This document shows positions 44,789-53,598 of a DNA stretch of 64,000 nt, one piece after another (the first letter of the stretch is position 1; each line of letters starts with the position of its first letter). The notes beneath the pieces are model-generated. The model was given only the letters and a program-made list of their open reading frames with translations. It had not been told where the DNA came from and searched no databases. Made by a program: the position numbers and the translations under genes. The stretch is from a bacterium (GTDB taxonomy: Bacteria > Sysuimicrobiota > Sysuimicrobiia > Sysuimicrobiales > Segetimicrobiaceae). The DNA lies in assembly GCA_035280345.1 (NCBI GenBank), contig DATEGA010000074.1:6664-70663 (forward strand), written 5' to 3'.

Positions 44789-45891
44789 ACGGCGGTCTAG
44801 TTCGGGCGATGGTCGCGGAAGGGTGCGATGCGTTCCTGCTGTCGTCACCCGAGAACGTCCTCTACGCCTCCGGCGCGCACGTCCACACCCAGAACCTGAT
44901 CCGCCGCCGCCAGGCCATGGTGATCCTGGGTCAGGCTGGCGACGGTGCCTTGATCGTGGCAGAAGTGGAACGCGGACTCGCCGCGCGGCACAATCGTTTG
45001 TCGCAGCTTCTTGCGTACCGAGAGTTCGAACAAACGGCGATCGATGTCGCGATCCCGCTGCTGCGCAGCCTCGTCAAGCCGAGCGGAACGGTCGGCATCG
45101 AGACGGATCACCTGCCCGCGGGCGATTACGAACGGCTCCGCAAGGCGATTTGCACAGCTCGCGTGGTCGGCATCGACGAACCTTTGCGGAAACTGCGCTC
45201 GCTGAAGTCCCCTGCCGAAATCGACCTGTATGCGCGCGGTGCCCGGGCCCTGGATCAGGCGGTCAGCGCCGCGGTCGCAGCCTGCCAAACAGGCACGCGT
45301 GAAGAACAACTTGCCGCCTCCGTCGTCTCGAACCTGTACGCGATTGCGGGATCCGAGGTACAGACGGCGGTCGGCCTCGTCGCCAGCGGGCGCAACCTGC
45401 TGACCACGCATCATGTCGCGGACGCCACTCCGATCGAACCGGGCACGGTCGCCCGCGTAGGCTGCCGCGCCACGCTGGGCGCCTACCACATTCTCGTCGC
45501 CAGAACAGCGTTCGCGGCGCCGCGGCTGCACGAGTTGGTCTGTTTCTATGAGAGGCTCGCAGCGGCACGCGACGATCTGGTCGACTCGGTTCGTCCGGGC
45601 GCCAGGGGCGACGACGTTTATCAGCGCGCCGCACAGTTCCGAAAGTCTGTCGGATTGGAACTGCGAACGGCGCATGTCGGCCACGGCATCGGGCTAGAGT
45701 ATCAGGAGCCGCCGCGCCTCCGGCGGGGTTCGACAGACGAAATCGCGTCCGACATGGTGCTGATCCTGGTGACGGTCGCGGCGGTACCAAACATCGGGAA
45801 CCTATATCTCGAGGATATCGCCGCGACGAAAGAGTCGTCGACGCGGTTGTTGAGTGACTACGCGCCGCGGGCGGCCCTGACCATTGAATAG
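44785..45891 (+). CDS. M24 (pita-bread fold; creatinase/prolidase) family protein with degenerate metal site
   Basis: 368 aa, ATGA overlap. Contains SPAEIDLYARGARALD and HVGHGIGLEYQEPP. The Asp/Asp/Glu ligand positions read G, L and V (GTVARVGCRATLGAYHILVARTA; DMVLILVTV). Confidence 0.8.
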   Translation: MNGGLVRAMVAEGCDAFLLSSPENVLYASGAHVHTQNLIRRRQAMVILGQAGDGALIVAEVERGLAARHNRLSQLLAYREFEQTAIDVAIPLLRSLVKPSGTVGIETDHLPAGDYERLRKAICTARVVGIDEPLRKLRSLKSPAEIDLYARGARALDQAVSAAVAACQTGTREEQLAASVVSNLYAIAGSEVQTAVGLVASGRNLLTTHHVADATPIEPGTVARVGCRATLGAYHILVARTAFAAPRLHELVCFYERLAAARDDLVDSVRPGARGDDVYQRAAQFRKSVGLELRTAHVGHGIGLEYQEPPRLRRGSTDEIASDMVLILVTVAAVPNIGNLYLEDIAATKESSTRLLSDYAPRAALTIE

Positions 45892-46217
45892 CGGCCGTCG
45901 GCTCCGGCCCGAGATCGGCTCAACCACCCTGCACCACCGGCGGCCGACGCCTCGCGCGAGACAAGGCCGTGGTGCGCGACATCGGCTGCAGCGTGGACGG
46001 CTACAACTCGGTTCTTGCGCGCACGCTGCTCCTAGGTAGCCCGCCCGACGAGTTCCGCACGATCTATCCCATCGTCGGCGAAGCACAGGCCGAGGCGATC
46101 AAACCCGAACGCACCGACAAGGAGATTCATGCGTCGCTCTCAACTATATCCCGCGCCACGGCTTCGGAAGCGGGCAGGACGCTCACGACCCTGTACCTGC
46201 GGGCTCCCGTTGAATAA
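45888..46217 (+). pseudogene. Relic fragment of an M24 catalytic domain (no N-terminal domain, truncated C-terminus)
   Basis: The frame is open from 45888. Contains ...LARDKAVVRDIGCSVDGYNSVLARTLLLGSPPDEFRTIYPIVGEAQAEAIKPERTDKEI..., which matches the M24 block GD.v.iD.G....GY.sD.tRT...G.....y..v..aq..ai. About 110 codons only. The 3' end overlaps the convergent Gfo/Idh/MocA gene. Confidence 0.45.
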
Positions 46218-47190
46218 GTTCTGGCCGGCCGCTGCGCAGCGAACGCAACACGGCCTCGATTACCGTCAGATTGGACACCGCGTCCTCTGGTGAGTACGGG
46301 ACCGACGCGCCAGAGCGAACAGCATCGGCGAACCCCTCGACCATTCGCTGCGTCTGATTGACACCCGGCACGACTCTTCGGCTCTGCTCGGCGCCGCGAA
46401 AGTCGTAGAATTCAGCGTCGGCGGTCCCGGGCAAGAAGGCTTTCGGGATCAAAAACCGGCCATCGGTCCCGACGATCTCGACCTCTTCCCGCCGCATGAT
46501 GCGCAGGCCGCAATCGACGACCGCGGTTCGATGGGTATCGAACCGCAGGAGCGCAACGACCGCCTCGTCGACCCCGTGGCTGCCGATTCCCCCCCACGCG
46601 AAAACTTCGACCGGCTCGCCTAGCACCATCCGGCTGGCGTTGATACAGTAGCAGCCGACATCGTACAGAGATCCCCCGCCAAGGTCAGACCGGAAGCGAA
46701 TGTTTGTCCCAGGTTCCCGAACGGCGAATGTAAACGCCGCGCGCACGAGCCGCAGATCACCGATGGTGCCGGATGCGGCCAGCTCAGCAACCTGCAAAGT
46801 CCGCGGGTGAAACCGGTACATAAACGCTTCCATTAACTGAACCCCGTGCGCCCGGCAGGCCGCGATCATCTCGCGGGCCTCGAGCGCGGTCAGAGCGAGC
46901 GGCTTCTCGCAGAGGACGTGCTTCCCGGCCGCGGCGCTGCGCACCGTCCACTCTCGGTGCAGCGCGTTGGGCAGCGGGATATAGACCGCGTCGATCTCGG
47001 GGTCGGCGAGGAGCGCTTCGTACGACCCATGCGCACGCACGCCGAGACGCTCTGCCGCTTCACCGGCGCGGTCCGGCGTTCGGCTCGCGATGGCGACCAA
47101 CTCGGCGCCGCGCGCACTCTGGATCGCCGGGATGACGGTTCGGACGGCGATATTGGCGACGCCCAACACGCCCCATCGGATCGGCTTCAT
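46183..47190 (-). CDS. Gfo/Idh/MocA family oxidoreductase
   Basis: Trimmed to the ATG at 47190 (MKPIRWGVLGVANIAVRTVIPAI). Contains KHVLCEKPLALT and a family-typical C-terminal domain. Confidence 0.85.
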   Translation of the reverse strand: MKPIRWGVLGVANIAVRTVIPAIQSARGAELVAIASRTPDRAGEAAERLGVRAHGSYEALLADPEIDAVYIPLPNALHREWTVRSAAAGKHVLCEKPLALTALEAREMIAACRAHGVQLMEAFMYRFHPRTLQVAELAASGTIGDLRLVRAAFTFAVREPGTNIRFRSDLGGGSLYDVGCYCINASRMVLGEPVEVFAWGGIGSHGVDEAVVALLRFDTHRTAVVDCGLRIMRREEVEIVGTDGRFLIPKAFLPGTADAEFYDFRGAEQSRRVVPGVNQTQRMVEGFADAVRSGASVPYSPEDAVSNLTVIEAVLRSLRSGRPELIQREPAGTGS

Positions 47191-47215
47191 GGCTGCCGCA
47201 TCATCACCCCTGACT

Positions 47216-47941
47216 CTATTTGGCTCGCGTCCGCCGCCACTCCAGGAACTTCTTCTCTGTCTCGGCGCCCATCGGGTAGAGGCCGTCGAGGGGGGCCCCG
47301 CGGGCGAGCATGAGCCGAATGTATTCCTCACGATCTTCGTGCATCAGTACGTCTTCGACGATCTCCTCGACCATCGCGGACGGGATCACGACCACGCCGT
47401 CGGCATCCCCAAGCATGATGTCGCCGGGGCAGACCAGCACCCCGGCGCACCCGATCGGCACGTTATAGTCCACGTTAAACACCGAGCCGCCCGGGCTCGC
47501 GCTCCCGCGGCAGAAGATCGGGATATTCTTCTCGGCCATGTGCGGCGAGTCGCGCACGCACATGTCGGACACGATCCCCGTGGCGCCCTTCATCTTGATG
47601 CGTAGGGTAAGGAGGTCGCCAAACAATCCCTCGTTCGTCGCACCTCGGCCGTCGAGCACGACCACGTCGCCTGGCTTGATCGCCTCAATGGCGTCGTCCG
47701 GGTGCCCCGGAAACAGTGTCCCCTTGACGTAGGCGATGGATTGGAGATCGTCGCGGCCCGGCACGCTCCGGATGGTGAGCGCCGGCCCCGCGACCCGCAT
47801 GCCCGGAAACAGCGGCTTCAGGCGGATCCAGATGTTCTTGATGCCCCTGCGCCGGAAGATCGTCGTCAGCGTCGCCGTACTCGCCCGGCTGAGGGTCCGG
47901 ATTGTCTCTTCGCTCGGGCGCTCGAAATCCGGTCCGTGCAT
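47216..47941 (-). CDS. RraA family protein (4-hydroxy-4-methyl-2-oxoglutarate aldolase / oxaloacetate decarboxylase-like)
   Basis: Trimmed to the ATG at 47941 (SD GAAGGAGAA, 6-nt spacer). Contains GDVVVLDGRG...GDLLTLRIKMKGATGIVSDMCVRD...GDIMLGDADGVVVIP. Confidence 0.8.
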   Translation of the reverse strand: MHGPDFERPSEETIRTLSRASTATLTTIFRRRGIKNIWIRLKPLFPGMRVAGPALTIRSVPGRDDLQSIAYVKGTLFPGHPDDAIEAIKPGDVVVLDGRGATNEGLFGDLLTLRIKMKGATGIVSDMCVRDSPHMAEKNIPIFCRGSASPGGSVFNVDYNVPIGCAGVLVCPGDIMLGDADGVVVIPSAMVEEIVEDVLMHEDREEYIRLMLARGAPLDGLYPMGAETEKKFLEWRRTRAK

Positions 47942-47966
47942 CTTCGATTCTCCTTCGGGTTCGCGG

Positions 47967-49010
47967 TTAGTCGCAGGCCGAGAGCTGTTCGGCGATTGCG
48001 GACGAGTACAGAAACGCATTGGGCGCGCCGCCGGTGTGAAGAAACACCACCGCATCCCCCAGCCCGATCACGCCTCGTCGGATTGAGTCCACCAACCCCG
48101 CCCATCCTTTGCCGGTGTAAACGGGGTCCAGCAAGATGCCCTCAGCGCGGGCCGCCTGCACAATCGCGTCCAGGGCGGCGGGCGTCGGGACGCCGTATCC
48201 CGGACCGATATAGCCGTCTGTCACATCCACCTCTTCGTCGGGCACCGAGACGGAGCTCCCGAGAAGTTCGGCCGCGTGCCGCATCTTCTCGATGATCCGG
48301 CGGCGATGTTCCTCCGCGGGCGCGTTGACGGACACGCCCAGCACATGGCAGCTCAACCCCGCCATGCGCAGGCCGAGCAGCAGCCCGGCATGCGTCCCTC
48401 CCGATCCGACCGCCAGCACAACGTGCTCGCAGCGTTCGCGCATCCCGCGGATCTGCCCCGCGAGTTCCGCCGCGCCGTGCACGTACCCGACGGCGCTCAA
48501 GGGACCGGAAAACGTGCCGAGGTGGATTGGGTACGGACATCCGCCGCGCCGGCGTACTTCGTCCTCGATCTCGCGCATGCGGACGAAGGTCGACTCCGCG
48601 TACGGATCGTCCGTCTGCAAGAAGCGCACGTCGGCCCCGAACAGACGCATGAGCAGCAGATTCCCCGCGAGCGGCGCGTCCGGAGCGCCGCGCACGAGCA
48701 AGATGGCCTTCATGCCGACGCGCGCGGTGGCCGCGGCGGTGAGCCTGAGGAAGTTCGATTGGAGTCCGGCGGTGGTGATGATGGTGTCGGCCCCGCGGGC
48801 CCGGGCGTCGCCCAGCAGGAACTCGAGTTTTCGGACCTTGTTGCCGCCCAACCCCAGACCCGTCAAATCGTCCCGCTTTACTAACAATCGTCGGACGCCC
48901 AGTTCGAGGGCCAGCCGCGGCGCGTCGTCCAGCGGCGTCGGAAGCGTCGCGAGCGCGATGCGCGGGAACTGTTTGATGGCGCCGGTCGCAGCAATGGGGT
49001 GGTCACGCAT
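47967..49010 (-). CDS. PLP-dependent ACC deaminase / D-cysteine desulfhydrase family protein
   Basis: Trimmed to the ATG at 49010 (MRDHPIAATGAIKQFPRIALATLPTPL). Contains VKRDDLTGLGLGGNKVRKLEFLL (PLP-lysine motif) and VLAVGSGGTHAGL. Overlaps the upstream stop by 8 nt. Confidence 0.82.
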   Translation of the reverse strand: MRDHPIAATGAIKQFPRIALATLPTPLDDAPRLALELGVRRLLVKRDDLTGLGLGGNKVRKLEFLLGDARARGADTIITTAGLQSNFLRLTAAATARVGMKAILLVRGAPDAPLAGNLLLMRLFGADVRFLQTDDPYAESTFVRMREIEDEVRRRGGCPYPIHLGTFSGPLSAVGYVHGAAELAGQIRGMRERCEHVVLAVGSGGTHAGLLLGLRMAGLSCHVLGVSVNAPAEEHRRRIIEKMRHAAELLGSSVSVPDEEVDVTDGYIGPGYGVPTPAALDAIVQAARAEGILLDPVYTGKGWAGLVDSIRRGVIGLGDAVVFLHTGGAPNAFLYSSAIAEQLSACD

Positions 49011-50505
49011 GCGAGGCCCCTTCTCGTTGCGGATTTGCGCCCGAGCGAGACGGCGCCCCTGCGCCGCGGAGCAGCCGGAGCAACGGCTCGAGATCCGGCA
49101 GACGATCGAAGTCGTTGAGCACAAGATGCACGACCTCGTTTCGCCGGTCCTCGGGCAGCAGTGGTCTGGTCATCTCCATGAACTTGTCGATAAGGTCCGG
49201 TGTCGCGTAATACATCTCCCGCGGCGCCCACATGTCGCCGTACGAGTACTCCGTCGAGCGCCGAAACGTCCGTCCCCGAGCCCTAACCTCGACCTCCGCT
49301 GGGGCGCGCGTGAGGACTTCGGCGATCGACGGCCCCGTCCATGAACGATACGTGATTTCGGTCGTCTGAGGATTACCTTCGATGCGAACCTTCCGCATGA
49401 TTCCGAGGAATGCCGGATCGTCAAGGAGGCGTAAATCGGCCCATCGCGGACCACGTGGGACCCCCGTCAAGGCAAGCGCCACACCGAACTCGGCGCTCAT
49501 GTGCGCTCCCTCCGGCGTTGTCGGCGGCTCGCCGGCGTACGGCCGGTCGGCACCTGCCGGCGCATGCATGCGCAGGATGACCTCCTCGATGTCGCCCGCG
49601 GACAGCCTCTCGTCGCGGCGGAGGGCGGACAAAAGCCACACGTGAGGCCGGTACAAGTTGCAGAGCGGCTCGGACTTGTAATTGAGCCAGCGAATGCTGT
49701 CCCAATCGGACCCCAGTCCCCGCAGGAGATACTCCGGCTCGAAGCGGTCGCTGCCCCAATACTGCGCGAACCCTTCCCGTGAATCGAGCACGCTGGTGTC
49801 GGCCGTATAGCCCTTGGCCGCCAGCAACGCGGCCGTCGCGCCTGCCTGAGCCGTCCATCCCATCGGCGCGTATTTGACCATGGAGAACGGCGTCGCGCGA
49901 AGCCATTGGAGCACACTCGGGACGGGCGCATAGTAGGCGGCCAACCCAAAGGCGTGCGCCATGCGTTCGGCGTCGAGACCGCGCAATCTGCCTGCGCCGG
50001 CCGCGGCCCCGATCGCCCCGTACCCGTAGCCGCACACCGGTCCGACGACATAGCGTGTCCGGGTCCCATCGTAACCTTCGCGCATCGGCGTCATCGCGAG
50101 GGCGAGCCGGCCTGCGATTTCTAGTCCGACGATCGCTGCGTCAAGCACCTGCCGGCCGCTTGCCCCGACCGCTTCGCCGACGGCAAGTACGGCCGGCACA
50201 ATGATCGGCACGATATGCGCGACGTTCAGGAACCCGGCATCGGCGTCCAGGGCGTTTGCCAATTCCCCATTTGCGAAACTCGCGTGGTCCGCACTCACAC
50301 GACGGCCGCCGCCGAGGATTGAGGCCTCCGGTGCACCTCCGAGGTCGGCGGCAAGTTCCACCGCAAGACGGCCTTTGAGGGTCGTCCATCCACCGAGAGC
50401 GCAGCCGATCGTATCGAGAATAAGACGCCTGGCCTCAGGGACGATATCGTCCGGAATCCCCGCGATCTCGGACGCGAACGCCGCCAGCGTCTGTGTGGTG
50501 CTCAT
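49003..50505 (-). CDS. MmgE/PrpD family protein (fourth, more divergent paralogue)
   Basis: 500 aa, SD GAGGTGA. Contains MSTTQTLAAFASEIAGIPDDIVPEARRLILDTIGCALGG. Family-length two-domain layout. Confidence 0.8.
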   Translation of the reverse strand: MSTTQTLAAFASEIAGIPDDIVPEARRLILDTIGCALGGWTTLKGRLAVELAADLGGAPEASILGGGRRVSADHASFANGELANALDADAGFLNVAHIVPIIVPAVLAVGEAVGASGRQVLDAAIVGLEIAGRLALAMTPMREGYDGTRTRYVVGPVCGYGYGAIGAAAGAGRLRGLDAERMAHAFGLAAYYAPVPSVLQWLRATPFSMVKYAPMGWTAQAGATAALLAAKGYTADTSVLDSREGFAQYWGSDRFEPEYLLRGLGSDWDSIRWLNYKSEPLCNLYRPHVWLLSALRRDERLSAGDIEEVILRMHAPAGADRPYAGEPPTTPEGAHMSAEFGVALALTGVPRGPRWADLRLLDDPAFLGIMRKVRIEGNPQTTEITYRSWTGPSIAEVLTRAPAEVEVRARGRTFRRSTEYSYGDMWAPREMYYATPDLIDKFMEMTRPLLPEDRRNEVVHLVLNDFDRLPDLEPLLRLLRGAGAPSRSGANPQREGASHA

Positions 50506-50553
50506 CGCCTCACCTCGACCACCGCGTCACGCGCCCGCGCCGGCGGCTCGTCT

Positions 50554-51723
50554 TCACCATATGCGCGGCGGCTCCCACTCGACGACGCCGGGCCCGGCCC
50601 AAAACCAGCAGGGCCCCTCGTTGTCGAACCGGCGCGCGTACTCACGAACGAGTCCTTCGTCGAGATCAACCCCAAGCCCCGGCGCCTCTGGTACGCCGGC
50701 AGATCCATCCTCGAGCGAAAATGGCGTCCGGACGACGTCTCCGTCCAGCAGGTGGAGTACCGTTTGATTCGCGTGCACCATCGAGGGCGTCGCCGCGGCG
50801 AGGTGCACGATCGCGGCCGTGGCAATCCCTAGTTCGCCAGTGCTGCGCATCCAGAACCCGAGACCCAACGAGGCCGCCGCCGCTGCGGCCTCTCTTGCGG
50901 AGTCGAGGCCGCCTTCCGACGGCAGGTCGAACACGATGTTGTCCGCGGCGCGAAGACGCGCCACGGCCGTCGCATCGGCACAGTGGGTGGAAAGCGGGAT
51001 GGATGTTTCCTTCCTGATGTCGGCCAGCGGCGCAAGCCCGCGGCAGGGTTCCTCGACATTCGCCAGGCCGTACGGCTCGAGCGCGTCAAGGGTCCGGATC
51101 GCCGTTCGGGGAGACCAGCCGCCGTTTGCATCGATGCGGATCGCGGTGCCGGATCCGATGCGTTCGCGCAGCCGCCGGATCGTGTCGACGTCGCGCTGGG
51201 GTTCATGCACGCCGACCTTGACCTCGAGGGTCTCGGCGCGCATCTTCGCCAGCACCGCCACCGCGCCGTCCGCGATGACCTCGGGAGCGGTCTCATCGGC
51301 GGGCGGGTAATAGTAGGCCGTAAAGGGCACCCGGTCGCGCACGCGGCCGCCCCACAGCTCGTGCAGCGGCCGGCCCACCGCCTTGCCGAGGACGTCGTAC
51401 AGCGCCATCTCGACACCGCTGTACGCCCACGGATCGCTCTCCCACGCGCGGCCGAACGTGCCGGGCATGCCGAGCCCTGGCAGAAACCGCATCCGCAGTT
51501 TCGCGAGATCACGTGGATCCTGCCCGACGATCGCGGGCGCCAGCACATGATCGATCACGTACTTGGACTGATAGTGCAGGGTCTCCCCCAGCCCGGTGAT
51601 GCCTGTGTCCGAATGCACCTTGACGATCGTGCGCGTGACACCGCGCCCCACGCGGCCGTGCGAGCGGTGGCGGCGGTGAAACGGCACGTTTACGGTGACA
51701 GTCTCGATCGAGGCGATTTTCAC
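50554..51723 (-). CDS. Enolase-superfamily enzyme (mandelate racemase/muconate lactonizing enzyme family)
   Basis: 389 aa, GTG start with SD GGAGG 6 nt upstream. Contains ITGLGET, LEVKVG, IRIDANGGW and NVEEP metal-ligand-type blocks. Confidence 0.82.
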   Translation of the reverse strand: MKIASIETVTVNVPFHRRHRSHGRVGRGVTRTIVKVHSDTGITGLGETLHYQSKYVIDHVLAPAIVGQDPRDLAKLRMRFLPGLGMPGTFGRAWESDPWAYSGVEMALYDVLGKAVGRPLHELWGGRVRDRVPFTAYYYPPADETAPEVIADGAVAVLAKMRAETLEVKVGVHEPQRDVDTIRRLRERIGSGTAIRIDANGGWSPRTAIRTLDALEPYGLANVEEPCRGLAPLADIRKETSIPLSTHCADATAVARLRAADNIVFDLPSEGGLDSAREAAAAAASLGLGFWMRSTGELGIATAAIVHLAAATPSMVHANQTVLHLLDGDVVRTPFSLEDGSAGVPEAPGLGVDLDEGLVREYARRFDNEGPCWFWAGPGVVEWEPPRIW

Positions 51724-51735
51724 CGCATTCCTCCG

Positions 51736-52638
51736 CTAATACCGGCCCTGCGGATCGAGATAGTCCCGCAGCGCGTCGCCGAACCATCCGACCACCATGA
51801 CCACGAACGTCAGAAACAGCCCCGGCATCGTCGCGATCCACCAGGCATTGTCAAGGTACTCCCGGCCCTCGCTGATCGTCACGCCCCACGACGGCAGCGG
51901 CCGCGGGATACCGAGCCCGAGAAAACTAAGCGCAGCCTCGGCGAGCATCTGCGCGCCCACCTGGAGGGTCGCGACGATGATGATGGGCGTCAGCATGTTG
52001 GGCAGAATATGGCCCCAAATCACGCGGATGTGCGTCGCGCCCTGGGCGCGCGCCGCCTCGACAAACTGGCTCTCGCGCAACGCGAGCACGGAGCCGTAGG
52101 CGAGGCGCGTAAACACGGCCCAGCGGATGATCGAGAGGGTCAGAATGACGTTGAGCACCGACGGCCCGAGAATCGCGGCGATGAGAATCGCGAGCAACAG
52201 CGCCGGGAACGAGAGCTGCAGGTCGGCGAGCCGCATAATCACCGAGTCGGCCGCGCCGCGGTAGTAGCCGGCGACCAGGCCGAGGGCCGTGCCAGACGCG
52301 CCGGCGAGGACAACCGTGCTCGCGGCAACGAGCATCGAAACCCTGGCCCCGTGCACGACCTGCCCCGCGAGGTCACGGCCGAGCTGGTCCGTGCCGAGCC
52401 ACGCGACCTGTCCGTTGGCAAGCCGAGTGCCCGGCGCCAAGAGATGCTGTTCGAGCCGCAGCGCCACCGGATCGTACGGCACGAGAAACGGCGCTCCCAG
52501 CCCGGCCACCGTCACCGCGGCCAGCAGCGCGCCGGTCCAGAGCAGACGCCGTCCACGCCGGGTGTGCGTCCACGGCCGCGCCGACGCATCCGTTCGTTTC
52601 CGCGATCCGCGCGGCAGCGCCGCCGCGGTGCTCATCAT
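51736..52638 (-). CDS. ABC transporter permease, DppC/OppC-like
   Basis: Track ORF 51736..53076 trimmed to the ATG at 52638 (ATGA overlap). Contains AWLGTDQLGRDLAGQVVHGARVSM, QFVEAARAQGATHIRVIWGHILPN and GDALRDYLDP. Confidence 0.88.
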   Translation of the reverse strand: MMSTAAALPRGSRKRTDASARPWTHTRRGRRLLWTGALLAAVTVAGLGAPFLVPYDPVALRLEQHLLAPGTRLANGQVAWLGTDQLGRDLAGQVVHGARVSMLVAASTVVLAGASGTALGLVAGYYRGAADSVIMRLADLQLSFPALLLAILIAAILGPSVLNVILTLSIIRWAVFTRLAYGSVLALRESQFVEAARAQGATHIRVIWGHILPNMLTPIIIVATLQVGAQMLAEAALSFLGLGIPRPLPSWGVTISEGREYLDNAWWIATMPGLFLTFVVMVVGWFGDALRDYLDPQGRY

Positions 52639-53555
52639 TGGTAGCGGATCCGCGGATCCAGGCACGCGTAGGCGACGTCGGCGGCCAGATTGCTGAGCAC
52701 GAACACCACGGCGGTAAACACCACCGCGGCCTGGACGAGCGGATAATCGCGGTTCTCGATAGCGGTGACGATCAATCGCCCCAACCCGGGCCAGGCGAAT
52801 ACCGTCTCGGTGACCACGACCCCGCCCACCAGCGTTCCGAGCTGCAACCCGATCATCGTGACGACCGGGATCAGCATGTTGCGGTAGATGTGGCGGACGA
52901 GCACGCCGGTCTCGGGGAGACCCTTGGCGCGGGCCGTCCGCGCGAAGTCCTGGCCCGCCATTTCCAGGATCCCCGCACGAGTAAGCCGCGTCAGCAGTCC
53001 GATAAACTGCATCGACAGCGTCACGGCCGGAAGGACGAGATGCCAAAGACCGCCCCGGCCGAACGACGGCAGCCATTTCAAGTCACGGGAGAAGATCAAG
53101 ATCGCCACGAGTCCAAGCCAGAAGTTGGGCGCGGCCTGGGCGACCAGCGACAGCGTTTCGATGAGGCGGTCGAGGACCGAATGCGCCCAGCGCGCGGCAA
53201 CGGACCCCAGCACGAAGCTGGCGGCCACAGAGAGCGTGAGGCTCGCTGCCGCGAGTTCGGTGGTCGCCGGAACCCTCGCCAGAACTAGGCCCATCGCGCC
53301 GGAGCCCTCGTAGTAGGAACGCCCCCAGTCGCCCAGCACGGCCTGGCGCATGAACAAAACGTATTGCACGGCGCGCGGCCGGTTCAGGCCGAGGCGTTCG
53401 CGCTGCTCGGCGATCAGCTGCGGCGTAGCGTAGGTCCCCAGGAGCACGGCCGCCGGATCGCCCGGAAGCACGCGCACGATCAGGAAGATGACCGTGAGCG
53501 CGCCCCACACAACGAGGAGCGCGGCCAACAGGCGCCGGGCGATAAAGCCGCCCAC
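52635..53555 (-). CDS. ABC transporter permease, DppB/OppB-like
   Basis: 306 aa, GTG start. N-terminus GGFIARRLLAALLVVWGALTVIFLIVRVLPGDP. Contains DFARTARAKGLPETGVLVRHIYRN and ends YACLDPRIRYQ. Confidence 0.9.
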   Translation of the reverse strand: MGGFIARRLLAALLVVWGALTVIFLIVRVLPGDPAAVLLGTYATPQLIAEQRERLGLNRPRAVQYVLFMRQAVLGDWGRSYYEGSGAMGLVLARVPATTELAAASLTLSVAASFVLGSVAARWAHSVLDRLIETLSLVAQAAPNFWLGLVAILIFSRDLKWLPSFGRGGLWHLVLPAVTLSMQFIGLLTRLTRAGILEMAGQDFARTARAKGLPETGVLVRHIYRNMLIPVVTMIGLQLGTLVGGVVVTETVFAWPGLGRLIVTAIENRDYPLVQAAVVFTAVVFVLSNLAADVAYACLDPRIRYQ

Positions 53556-53598
53556 TATTGCCGGCGCGGCCCCGTCCGGCTAGCGCACGGCGCCGACG

